From Fimbriosthenelais zetlandica (Eukaryota), in assembly GCA_977030845.1 (NCBI GenBank), contig OZ365109.1, positions 57,660,001 to 57,724,000 on the forward strand: DNA of 64,000 nucleotides. The letters run 5' to 3'. The translations under genes were made by a program, and so were the position numbers. Position 1 is the first letter of the stretch; each line of letters opens with the position of its first letter. A model generated the notes under the pieces. The model made no database searches and had not been told where the DNA came from. It was given only the letters and a program-made list of their open reading frames with translations. This document shows, piece after piece, positions 25,301 to 54,717 of the stretch.

Positions 25301-28300
25301 AATTGGAAATTGATTTTGTGGCACCATAGACCGAGACTGATCTATATGTATAATTATCAGTTCCCTAACCCTCGAATTGTTATGTAATATATTAAAATGA
25401 TGACTCAAAACTTTACATATTTTCCATTTGATAGGTATACAAAATGCATCCCAACACCCAGCTTTACAAGGCCCAACACAACACCATTGATTTGGCACCA
25501 GTCGCTCTCAACCAAATTGAGAGAAGTGAGTTTACATCGAAAATTATTTTTAAAAAAACAAAAAAAATCATCATGACTCTTACATAAGGAATTAAAATGC
25601 TAATTGATCCTTAAAATATACTTATCATATACCCAAAATGTAACTCTATCCGTTCAACATAGAGATGTCCTACTTCAAAATATTCCTGCTAAGTTCTAAT
25701 GGTAACATATTGACCTATATAATTACAATGAATATTTTCAGCTGTCACCAAAATTAAGACAAGAATCACAGGAGGTACCAACACCACCCAAGAAGATTGT
25801 AGCACCACTCAGCTGGCTGAAATCTTCTTTGTTATCGATGCTTCTTCTTCCATCCGTGATTATAACTATGTCAAGGTGCTAGACTTTGTCAACAACATCA
25901 TCGACAGCTTCGACATAGGCGATGATAAGGTCTGTAAACACGTTTAATTAGTGGATAGTCAAGCCTGAGAGGCATAAAGTCTATCCACTTTAGTATACAA
26001 TATAATTGGCCCATTGCAGTGAATTATGGTCACAATAAGTAACCACAATTTCAAGCAATAATCAACTGAAACCACCTAATTGATAATGTACTAACTTATG
26101 ATAAATGTGTCGTGCTATCGCTGACGGGTTAGGGCAAATATGTGACCAAACATTTATAGGCTTCTGTTTCTGCAGTTCTTATTGAACTTAGTTCCTTACT
26201 CTTGAAGGGGGTCATCTCAGTGTATTTTGTCAATCCTGCAGGCAATCTTGCATCACTTATTAGTTTTTTATGTAGGGCTAGACCTTATTTAATGTAACTA
26301 ATTTTGAATATAATGTTTTTTCAGGTTCGTGTTGGAGTGATCATTTTCTCCTCCTACTCCCACCTGGACATTACTCTGGGTCAGTATAACACCAAGGAGA
26401 AGCTCAAGTCTAAGGTGAGCTCATTAACTTACTATAAAGGCAGGACCTGGACGCACGAGGCTATCATGGATCTCAGAAATAAAGGTCTACTTGATGAAGT
26501 CGTCAGAGATGACGTCTCCAAGTAAGTATTGTGTCATTATTTGGGCCATGGACTATCATTACATGATTTCTCAAACACAACACTGACTATATGAACTAAT
26601 ACGACATGGTATGAACACAGAAAAGTTATAGTACACATCTACTCAAAAGACTTGCTTTTGACTGCCCAGGGTTTTACCCCTGGCAATCTTGCTGTATTTG
26701 GTGTCTTGGTATAATTTGCTGTAATACTGTAAGTCCCAGTGGATCACTTTCTATCCGCCAACTTTCATTTTACCAGACAAGCAATAGTGATCACAGATGG
26801 AGCGTCACGTTACCCTGACTACACAGCTGATGAATGTCACCTGTGTAGGGACGCTGGTGTCACTATGACAGCTATTGGTATTGGTGCAGCTGTCTACACT
26901 GAACTCCAGGACATCGCTGGAGACGCCTCCAGAGTCTTCAATGTGACAGGATTTGATGATCTGGATCTGATTGTGGGCAATATAGATAAGACCACGTGTA
27001 AAGGTATTTGTGATTTTATTGCTTCTGAAAAACCAGTTCAGAATTTGAAGATGTGTTCTTTTTTTGCTGCAGGATCTCATCACCAACATGAGATCACTGA
27101 CATTCATTGAATGTGATTTTTTCTTGAAATAACTTTTCTTTTTACCTGAGGACATTGAACAACCCTTTTCCGTATTAATGGAATGGCGTAATAAGTTAAC
27201 AAGAAAAAAATCCAGATTTGTGGACGCTGGATTTTTTTCTGTTGTGAAATTCTCATTACAAAAGTAATAACTCCACCAAAATTTTCATAATTTCTCTTTC
27301 CAGCTGTTAACACAGGAAAAATCCTCTACAGTAAGTTACATTGAAAATTCTATATATCCAATATCTAAAAAAAGCTTTGAATTTCAATATCAGTCATCAG
27401 AATTTTGAATCTTGATACTCGAGCATGGCTAAAACTGGTTTGATTTCTTTCTAGATGAAACTGAGCATGTGTCCATCACTGTGCAGGGTAATGATACCAA
27501 CTACTTTGTATGGGAACATCCAGAGTTCAACAGGAAACCAGTCGCTCTTGGAATGGAGTCAGGTAGGCCTACATCTTCCTTATTGGAAACACTGCTGACA
27601 TTTGTATTAATCTCCACTGAAAACCATACTCATGCCCTCATTCATGGCTAGGCTATGCTCCTCCACATGTGCACTCATGAGTAAACATAAAGACCTAATA
27701 AGTTGGACATTTATAATCTGTCATGTAGGGTATATATATAGGTAGATCCAGATGGGGTAGATCCACTTACTGAAGTCTTAAGGGATGATTAAGCTAATAA
27801 ACTTATCCTATCACTACAGGTGTCATCCTGAATGTCCAGATCTTTGCCAGCTCTTCACTGCATGGTTTTGAGGCGGAATTTGGCCGTCTGAACCATCAGT
27901 CTGGATGGATGACTACTATTGGTAACCATACAAACCACAACGAGTGGATCGAGGTGATCATGTTCACATACCCACCGTACTAGAAATTTTAAATTTGCTG
28001 ATCATTTTGATAGCAAGCGATGTTATAATTGACAATCCATTCAAGGTCAAAATAGAGTGTTCCATGTTTCGGGCTAGAGAGTGAGGCTGACTTTGGGAGT
28101 GATATAAAGGAGTAAACTAAAGGAAGTTTTTTCTGCAGGTTGATCTTGGCCAGATTCTCCCTATCCATGGTGTTGCCACACAAGGCCATGCCTACATGGA
28201 ATCGTGGGTAACCAAATATTACATTGCCATCTCCCTCGATGGAATCCACTTTGTCACTCTGAAGGATTCCAACACCTCCGTTGCTCTGGTGAGTTTATTA

Positions 28301-30127
28301 TAAAACGATCATTATTCAAGTTTAAATTAAGAGCCTGATGCTAATGATATGGGGAAATAACTGGTCAGTAAATGATACTTTAACTGTATTATAGCCAATG
28401 GCTTTTTTCATACAAAGATGTATGAAAATGTCTACCAAACATACCTCCAGACTAATTTTTGTCACTGGCTCCCACAGAGTACTTACTATAGCCGTTCACT
28501 ATGGAATGGTAAAAACACCCGAGAAAACCTCTGTTGGTAAATCATTCTGGACATGATTTTTTCCAGACTTTCATTGGAAACGTGGATCAGAACACCATTA
28601 ACTACCATTGCCTACACCGTCTCTTCGGTACAGAGATCCAGGCTCGTGTTATCAGGTTTATTGCTGTAGAATGGCACCTTAATATCAGTATGAGGATTGA
28701 ACTGTACGGCTTCAGAGGTAAGACATGTCTTCTTTTTTCCTTAAAAGTTTAAGAGTTCCTGCAACTGTGGATCTCTGAGACCTGCCCTCCTCCTGGGTCA
28801 TTGATCATTCCTATATCAATATATCAGGCCTCGCATGCCCTGGGCCAGGGACATTGAGCATCCCTATATCAATATCAGGCCTCTGCCTTTCAGTGCCCTG
28901 GAGCATAAGTCATCGCCAACCCACTGGCATGTCTCCTGCAATGCCCTGGTGGCTTTGATCATCCCTATATCAATACATCGGGCCTTTGTAGGCCTACTAA
29001 AATGCCGTGGGGTATTGAGCATCCCTATAGTAATACATCACGGGTCTGTGTCCTGCAATGCCATGGGGCACAATTGAGCATCCCTATATCAATTTATTAG
29101 GGCTGTGTCCTCCATTGCCTTTTTCTTTCATAACAGAACCAGGGGATGGTAATGTTATCGAGGTCCTCCGTAAGGACGTGTGGACTCGTAACGTGACGGG
29201 ATGTCCATGTTACTTTAAGCCCAGCAGTAAGGACTGTGCATGTTGTGAGGACGGTGGCTGTCAGTGTCCTAACGGTGACAGACACCAGTGTGTACAGTGT
29301 GGTTACCCACACAACTGTGGAACACGTGAGTGCATAACCTTATTATACTTAGGTTACTATTTGCAGGTTCAACTCATTGGTAGAACATAGATTTATAATT
29401 TCAAGGAAATCATGGAACATCTAATTATCTGGTAGATTCTAGGCCTAGACACTTAATGGTGAATGGACATGAGCGTAAATCTGTCTCGATGTGGCCTAAT
29501 GTTCACTTCAGTGCCAAAATTAAAGAATTAATGTCCTAAAGCACAATTGGGTTTAAAACTTTTTTCACCAAATTATTTCTAACTAGTTGGATATTCTAAG
29601 TTTAGAGTAGATATAATAGTTAATAGGCCTATAACAAAAAGGTTGGATATCAATGAATACAGTGTGGGTGATCTTGATGGATCATAAAATTGCCAATTAT
29701 TCCAATTCTGAACAGTGCGTTAAAAAGGTGTAGATCTACATGTATGCACTTAAATTTGTACATCTACCATTATGTTACAGCAAGCCTCCGTAACCCCATC
29801 AATAACATTGATGGCTGGACCAGGACAATGTCCGGATGTAGATGTCACTTTGATCGCTCCCGTACAGACTGTGCCTGCTGTCAGAGCTGGGGCTGTCAAT
29901 GTGGGGCTGCCAACAAAAACCAGTGTGTCAACTGTGGTCATCCAGAACACTGTGGTCTCAAGGAGCACATCTTTGGTCCCAATAACTACTGTAAGCCTCA
30001 GACCTGCCCAAGGAAGATCAATACCATCTGGGAGAATGCCCCCACTGGTATTGCGCCTGGTGACAGTAACCCACAGTTCATGGAGGTTAACAGCACTGAT
30101 GTTAAGTCTGCAGCCACTGTCCTGTAA
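10374..30127 (+). CDS. Gene A: giant secreted mosaic protein (about 2656 aa, 51 coding exons) with SRCR x3, EGF x2, AbfB-like, beta-gamma-crystallin x3-4, PAN x2, WSC, VWA, F5/8C, three 10-Cys modules and several unnamed domains
   Basis: Signal peptide [18 protein letters not shown] joined 51 GT-AG exons by hand, keeping phase throughout; the summed length is 7971 nt (divisible by 3), ending at TAA 30125-30127. aataaa occurs at 30168 and 30226. No hydrophobic C-terminal anchor is present. Every exon has a counterpart in gene B. Confidence 0.88.
10965..11175. repeat. Degenerate (TTCA)n microsatellite in intron 3 of gene A
   Basis: attcattcattc runs at 10965-11000 and 11090-11170. Confidence 0.8.
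12275..14138 (+). other. Gene A: three divergent SRCR domains, two exons each
   Basis: VRLxGG..EG....WGTIC....FCxQLGY motifs occur three times. Each domain has 6 Cys, and the second exon begins with NPxC. Confidence 0.85.
13785..13912. repeat. Degenerate (TCCA)n microsatellite in an intron of gene A
   Basis: Repeated atccatcc units. Confidence 0.7.
14266..14687 (+). other. Gene A: two EGF-like domains, single 114-nt phase-1 exons
   Basis: [33 protein letters not shown] and [36 protein letters not shown]. Confidence 0.95.
15497..16432 (+). other. Gene A: two beta-gamma-crystallin domains, one Greek-key motif per exon
   Basis: Y/FxxxxF/YxG hairpin signatures [24 protein letters not shown] and YSNNNFKG, each followed by the conserved Ser about 28-34 residues later. 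Confidence 0.85.
20073..20631 (+). other. Gene A: WSC domain
   Basis: YVGCF...[24 protein letters not shown]...[15 protein letters not shown]...SVY. Confidence 0.9.
22700..23120 (+). repeat. Degenerate minisatellite, about 30-bp unit (aaacttgaagccactatctgaagccattat-like), in intron 33 of gene A
   Basis: At least 8 recognisable units, translating as NLKPLSEAII-like 10-aa repeats in ORF 22740-23012. Confidence 0.8.
25742..27003 (+). other. Gene A: von Willebrand factor A domain with intact MIDAS
   Basis: [11 protein letters not shown] (DxSxS), GRTWT, IVITDG, and TAIGIG. Confidence 0.95.
27455..28717 (+). other. Gene A: F5/8 type C (discoidin) domain
   Basis: [47 protein letters not shown], and [19 protein letters not shown]. 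Confidence 0.95.
28795..29100 (+). repeat. Degenerate 55-60 bp tandem repeat in intron 49 of gene A
   Basis: The core ttga(g/t)cat(c/t)cctata occurs at about 28801, 28854, 28955, 29015 and 29074, with shared tgccctgg and caggcct flanks. Confidence 0.75.
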
Positions 30128-30903
30128 ATTGATGTCAACTCTGATCTCACTCTCATGTGAATTGACTAATAAACCACAGCGGTCTTATTAGCAGAGTGGT
30201 GTTGTAATCTCATTTCATGTAACGAAATAAAATGGTTTTTCCCTTCTAATGCAGCATTTGTGTGTGTCTTTTTAAAAATTAATTTCGTCCGAGTCAGTTT
30301 AGGCCTGAAATCCGAGGGAAAATATGAAGCCTATGTCAACATAAACAGGCTATGGGATAATTCAGTTAAATGATAATAACCTCAAATAAAGTTACCATTT
30401 TCAAAATCGGAAACATGGAGTTGTTCCGAACTAAAAGTTATCTAATATTTTCTAGTCCCATTTGTAAGAAATCCCACTTTTTTTTTTATAAATCATCATG
30501 CAAATAATCATGGGTTGAGGTAAAACTTGGTGAGAAAAGTCGCCATATGTGTATGTATATCTTTTTTCACTGCTATAGCATTAACACTAATCATAGACAA
30601 TGTAGTATTTGTGAACATCTGGAAGACACATGCGTAGGCCTATCTATAATATGCCTGTTTGTCAAGTGTCACACAATACATAGTACACATAAATATCAAA
30701 GTGGATTTCCTATTCCATTGTTACATCAAGTCAATGTTATAGGAAGGGTCAAATTTCATTCTATAGGTATTGATTGGATGGCATTGTGGATGGAAAACAG
30801 TTATTGTAAAAGATGGTCAATAAAATCAACAGTGTTTCAAGTTACATGAAGTGACATGTCACCGTCATATGGCAGGCCACATGGCATGATTAGACCCTTC
30901 TCA

Positions 30904-30911
30904 TATATAAA
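30904..30911 (+). promoter_or_regulatory. TATA box of giant secreted gene B
   Basis: tatataaa about 65 nt upstream of the ATG at 30974. Confidence 0.6.
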
Positions 30912-30973
30912 GGTGGCAATTCCTTTTGCTCGATTTGGGGTCTTGGTGTGTCTGGGCTCTTGACAGCAAGATA

Positions 30974-49245
<18,272 letters not shown>

Positions 49246-50241
49246 ACTCATTCACCAAAATAATACACTAGTAGATCTCTGATCATTTCTTCCCGTGTGG
49301 ATATATTGAAGTATAGAACTACTAATGGATTATAATTCGTGTTTCTGATAGAGTATCACTAATAGTTATCATAAGTTAATTTTGGCTTGCATACTATGTA
49401 CAACTATATTCTAATAGAAGTCTCCTGTGGTATCTTCAACATTTCAACTACCATAAGACAATTTGATAACATATGTGGATTAGTGTTGACCTAACATCTT
49501 TAGCATAGACATTTGAAATCATGATGTTATATATATACAAGCATGACATCTCTCAGTATTTGCTTTGGGGCTTGGAATAAACTGACATAAACTATTACAT
49601 GTATCATTATATATAGACTATAGTGCCTCTTGAAATAAAACCTAATATGTATGATAAACTAAAACTGGAGCCAGCATTTAGTGTCATGAATGCATCGGAA
49701 TTCAATGATTTATCTACTCTTGATAAGGTAAATTTGTGGGGAATAAGTTATCAGTTGCATTATAAATTTCAATGGTATGAAGTTTTTTTTTCAGTAATAT
49801 TTGTTTTTTCAATAATATTTGTTCAATACACGTGTAATATGTAATATTTTGGGATATATGGATTTTGACAATGCAAGCCACCACACACCCACAGCCACTC
49901 TCCCCACCCACTCCCATCCCCTTGCTACTCACAGATCCTGCATGCTATCTATGAATGTCATCTGCAACTTTCAGTATTGATTTATAAACCTATGTAGAAT
50001 GGGACAGTCCTTACAAAATATGAGCCATCATGAACGTAAAGAACAAGGGTCAAGCACCTTTATAAAGCTCTGACCCACTACTGCTGAGAGCTGCAGTCTA
50101 TTAAAAGTCTCCTGATTTCGTTAATCATTGTCAAGTCGTGGATCAAGGGCTTTTACTCGAGGTAACACATGACCGTGATTGAGACATGCATAAATAGGCA
50201 AGCAAGCTGAATATCCAAACCATTTAGACCCTATCTCCAAC

Positions 50242-51376
50242 ATGGAAGTCCATAGAAAGGCCCTCATACTTTCACTAATTGGTATGTACTGCCTTATAAT
50301 TTTTTCACACATTTTTCCGCATTGAAATCGGGACTTTGTTTTTATCTTCCTGTTTTTTCACGCATTGCATATATTGTACATAGGCTTATCTGGCCTATAG
50401 TAAACATGTAGACTTTCTAGAACAATCATTGAGACTGTCAGACAGATCCATAACTATTAAAATATTCAAAATTATTTTTATTTTAATTAATTATAGAGAT
50501 ATACTCTGATCATGTCCATCGGTGGTCTCGAAAATACCTAATGGTCGTTTCTCTATCTTTCCCCTCTCATTTCTCTTTCTCGTTAGGTCTTTGCTTGCTT
50601 GCATCGACTGAGAGGCTACATGTATATTGTCAATCCCCCCAAACCGATCCAACTACGGAGTCAACACCCGAGACATCTTTAGAAACATCCACCACAGAAC
50701 AATCATCATCCACTACTGAACCATCCACAACCAGAGTTAGTGAAGGGACAACAGAAACTGAAACGTCCACCACTTCACATAAAAGTTCAACAGAATCTAC
50801 TACTACAGCATCTACTGTGTCTCTGACAAGCACCACCATTGAGTCAACTAGCCCAAATCATGTACCATGTAAATGTTCAGGGGGTAAGAATATACTATTT
50901 CTGGCATATCTGGACATTTTGAATTCTAGATTTCTTTAAATTCAAAAAGCGTTGAAATGAGGCAACTGTCTAGTTATCTACATTTGTCCAGGCTATAAAT
51001 TCATTCAGAAGGATATGTATACACTGTTGTTTACTATAATAGGATATTGTCATTTTCCAGGAAATGTGGCCGCTGCTGCAGTACCGATGGGAATTATAAT
51101 TTTCATAGAAACAGCTGTTATAATCTACTTTTTATACAACAGACATAAATATAAGTAAGTTTAGAGAACTGTACGCTTCTACATTTTTCTAATACTGTAG
51201 TGGTGTTCCACATGGCAATAGAGCCCCAATATCTTTACGCAAGTACACAGGGTCCTATTATTAGCAGCATTCATAAAAGAAATCATCCTGTATTTCATTA
51301 ATTTCAATACTTTGTATATTGACAATGCATATAATATTTTTCTTCCAGACAAATACCTTATGCAGCAATACATTAA
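50242..51376 (+). CDS. Small Ser/Thr-rich (mucin-like) type I membrane protein, about 152 aa, 4 coding exons
   Basis: Exons 50242-50281, 50587-50883, 51061-51154 and 51349-51376 join in frame. They encode a signal peptide MEVHRKALILSLIGLCLLAS, a T/S/E-rich stalk, CKC, a transmembrane segment VAAAAVPMGIIIFIETAVIIYFLY, and a tail NRHKYKQIPYAAIH*. tataaa lies at 50061. The last exon is the least certain. Confidence 0.65.
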
Positions 51377-52358
51377 AAGGACTGTGATTCAATATTTCGT
51401 CATAAAGTCAACATTTCTCTCAACTCCTGAACATCAGGAAATTTACAGTATCGTGTACATCGCCACTCCTTGTTTATGGTGTATTATGGTTTACTTTGAC
51501 CTAAATGACCATATATATGACATATGTCATACACTAAAGACAAAACACAACAGTTTAAATAAAACATTTTATAAGATATTTACGCATGTATATATTATGT
51601 TTTGAGACATTAATTTACCAGGAAACGTATCTCCTACAATCTAAACTAATAATTTATCAGTCTCTCCTACATGATACCAGGGATGACTAGTTTATTTTAT
51701 CGATATCATAAAATATTTATCATTTTCTGAACATGTAACCAAATTCATAATTATTAACTTGGTAGAATCCTTGATTTTCCAAATAAACCATTACTTTTTC
51801 CCCATCATAATGTTCCTCATGAAACATAGTTCGTTCCAAGTTTAGACCCAGGTAAAACCGAAAAGGAAATGATAGGTATTTTAAGAACCGCCTCCATGAG
51901 ATTATTATAGGGGCGTACATGAAGCAGGTTATCTATGTAGATAACTGGAACCTCCTACATAACTCCGGTGTAATCAGCAGTCTTTTATGAATAGATCCTT
52001 TACCTTAGATGAAATTATTTAGTTCACCCACCAATGGTATTTATTGTTCAAAAAAGTTTAAAATGATCCATTTATCCGAGCATGAGTTCCCTGAATCAAA
52101 CCCGGAAGCAAATGGTGATATATGGAACGCTATGTGCCAACATAGTACCGGAAGTAATAGTGTCATAGCCATAGGTTGAACCTTACGGTCATATCTGTTT
52201 CCCATATAATTGTAGTAAATCACAAAGTTCTAATATCACAGTAAATTTGACGTAGTCTGAGATCCTAGTATCCTAGTACCGAACGGGTTCACTCCTGGAT
52301 CCATAGATAAGTCGTAGTCCAAATGTGATTTATCTTTTAAAAAGCACCTGGAAACCTA

Positions 52359-54717
52359 TCAGATGATCACCACCCCCTCAACCACATAAGGTTGATTAGA
52401 GCTTTGTTGTTTAATATGACCACAGCAGGTACAGAAACATACCAGAGCTCCGATCACTAATATGACGCACACAACCACAAACATGATAGAGATAAGAGAT
52501 GGTTGTTTTGGTCCATTTGTATCCATCTCTGATCTCAGTGTATTGCTCTTAGTGCACTGACCTTTTTCAATTGTCGCCCTGCAAAAAATAAATAGATGCT
52601 ATATAATGGAAAAAATTGTCAACGAAGCAAAAGATTCAGCTCTATACATTTTTTTTAATTTGAATTAATCTGATTATATTCTACATCTATTATGAATTCA
52701 TAAAGTTCTACGGAGTTAACCCTTTAATGCCGGACCCTATAGAAGTGACTGTTCCAGTACTACGAAGGTCCTCAGCTAGGCCTTAAAAAGCCATTTTTAC
52801 CTTTTTTTGACACTTAAAATGAATATTTAATTTCATTATTACTTACAATGTTTATGTATTTTATTTCGCAGTAGGTTATACTAAATCCAACCATGTAACA
52901 ACTATATCTGTGGCCCAACCATAAAAAAAGTTACAATTCGAATATAGGACAATATAGGAAAATTTTGCTAAAAAATAACCCATTTTATTTCAATATTTAG
53001 GGCAAAATATGCTAAAAACTTTTTTTTAATTTAAAAAATTGTTAAAAGTACACTTGGCACATTTCTTGGTGCTTAATTCAATGAAATGGTACTTTTGACA
53101 GAAATTTCAATTTTTAAATTAACAAAATTGGTTTCCATGGTAACGTATTTTGCAGAAAAAATTGGATTTACCCAAAATTGGCCGTTTCCATGGCAACAGA
53201 ATGCTGTAGAATTAAATATCAGTAGTGGAATTTATTAGAGTTCAGTGTTACCTCCTGAATAAAGTTTACATTATAAAAATCCGATGAGAAGTGATAAAAT
53301 AATATAAGAATTAATACATGATACATATTTCTCAAAATAATGTACTGATGTGTTTATCGGCGATTTTTCCTGTGATAATCGCCTGCCAGGAGAATGACTG
53401 ATTCTTAAAATTTTCCACCTTGCCAACTTCAAGAGGCTGTATCTCGACTTCTAATTGGAGTTTTGCAATAATTTTTTCATCAAAATGTAGAGAATGACAT
53501 GTTCTAAATTGGCTAAAAACACGAATTGTGCCATATGGCACTCTTCGTACAGACGGGTGAGTGCCATTTGGCACTCTTAGGCATTAAAGGGTTAAAGATA
53601 GACAGACCGATTATATTTACCGCAGAGGATTTATTTATTAATGGAAAACTTACCTCAAGTTGCCAACAATGACCTGGAGGATTTCTGAAGGATTTGTTGA
53701 TGAGAGTTTGGCTAAGTGGACCGTCGAATTAATGCAGTCAGGAGTGAGAGGCGAATCATCATCATAGGAAGATGCGACCCCTACCTATGGAGCAAAATAT
53801 ATATTTTTTTCAATTCAAAAGATATACTGTATCCCGGGAAAATATCAAGTCGGGTTGAAAATTTTAAAATACAGCTGAAAGGATAATAAAAACTTACCTC
53901 TTTGGTATGGTGGTCATATATAATGACTATAAGTGAGTGACATTTCGAGGTAGAGTCGTGCTCAAGCATGTATTCTGCTAGTTTTCTCGTCTTTGTGATA
54001 TTTAATTGTACCTCTGATGGCGGTCTGTAAAAAATTGTTACATAATCAATTAATATTATTTATTAAGACGAGATTGGCTCATGAAGCGTTGAGACATTTT
54101 TCGATACCATTTTTATGTTGTACATGTAATAATTATATTATTCTTAATTGTGTGTTAACATTAATGATCACATAACATAAATAAAGTAACATAAATCTAC
54201 TAACCTGTAGAAATCTAGCACTTTGGGTAGGAGAACTACGACCATATTACTTCCCTGGCAGGCTGAACATGATTTACACCTAGAAACCTGACTGAACTGC
54301 TTGATTGATTCTGCTAAACGCTCACCTGCAAAAGTGAAATAATTCTTAAACATTCCATAGAAAACTTGTTTTTATTCCTTTCATATTTTGAAAAGTTATC
54401 TATGAGAGCAGAGACTTCAAAATTTAAACATTGGCTATTCAAGTCTTCAGGTTCAAAAATCCATCATTTTTAAATCACATCGCTGAAAACTAATTTTATA
54501 AAATTGCATAGTAGTATAAATGGAATAAGAAATTCTTACCTTCCTCGGGAGAAATGACACCGGAGGGATCACAGGGGTAATAGCCTCCATCTGTTGACTG
54601 TGGATTGGTACACCATGAGTTGGTCCTCATAAATCTCTTTACCTTATGTGAAGCTTCCATTTGTTGTATACATGTACATACAAACAACAACCATATGTAA
54701 AAAGGTTTTAAAACCAT
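52359..54717 (-). CDS. MOLO-1 / TPM-domain family single-pass membrane protein, about 258 aa, 5 coding exons
   Basis: Exons 54717-54540, 54325-54205, 54024-53898, 53784-53654 and 52578-52359 join in frame. They encode a signal peptide MVLKPFYIWLLFVCTCIQQMEA, then YYPCDPSGVISPEEGERL..CKSCSAC..MVVVLL..LAEYML..KCHSLIVIIYD..LTPDCI (the MOLO-1 family CDPxGV pattern and Cys spacing), then a transmembrane segment LISIMFVVVCVILVIGALV and a short tail. Confidence 0.72.
52720..53591. mobile_element. Non-autonomous piggyBac-type DNA element (MITE), 872 bp, in intron 4 of the MOLO-1-like gene
   Basis: TTAA target-site duplication (52716-52719 and 53592-53595). Perfect 12-bp TIRs ccctttaatgcc and ggcattaaaggg with CCC/GGG termini. 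Subterminal palindromes gtgccatatggcac (about 53529) and gtgccatttggcac (about 53561). No transposase ORF. Confidence 0.85.

Noticed and set aside
28795-29100. CRISPR-like repeat-spacer array
   Set aside because: It lies in a eukaryotic intron, the repeats are degenerate, the inter-repeat sequences are related to one another, and there are no cas genes. It is an ordinary minisatellite.
50630-50839. Val-rich minus-strand ORF
   Set aside because: It is the antisense mirror of the Thr/Ser-rich exon, which has proper splice sites on the plus strand.
51720-51920. 66-aa minus-strand ORF downstream of the MOLO-1-like gene
   Set aside because: It has no motif and no in-frame splice link to neighbours, and is probably 3' UTR or intergenic.
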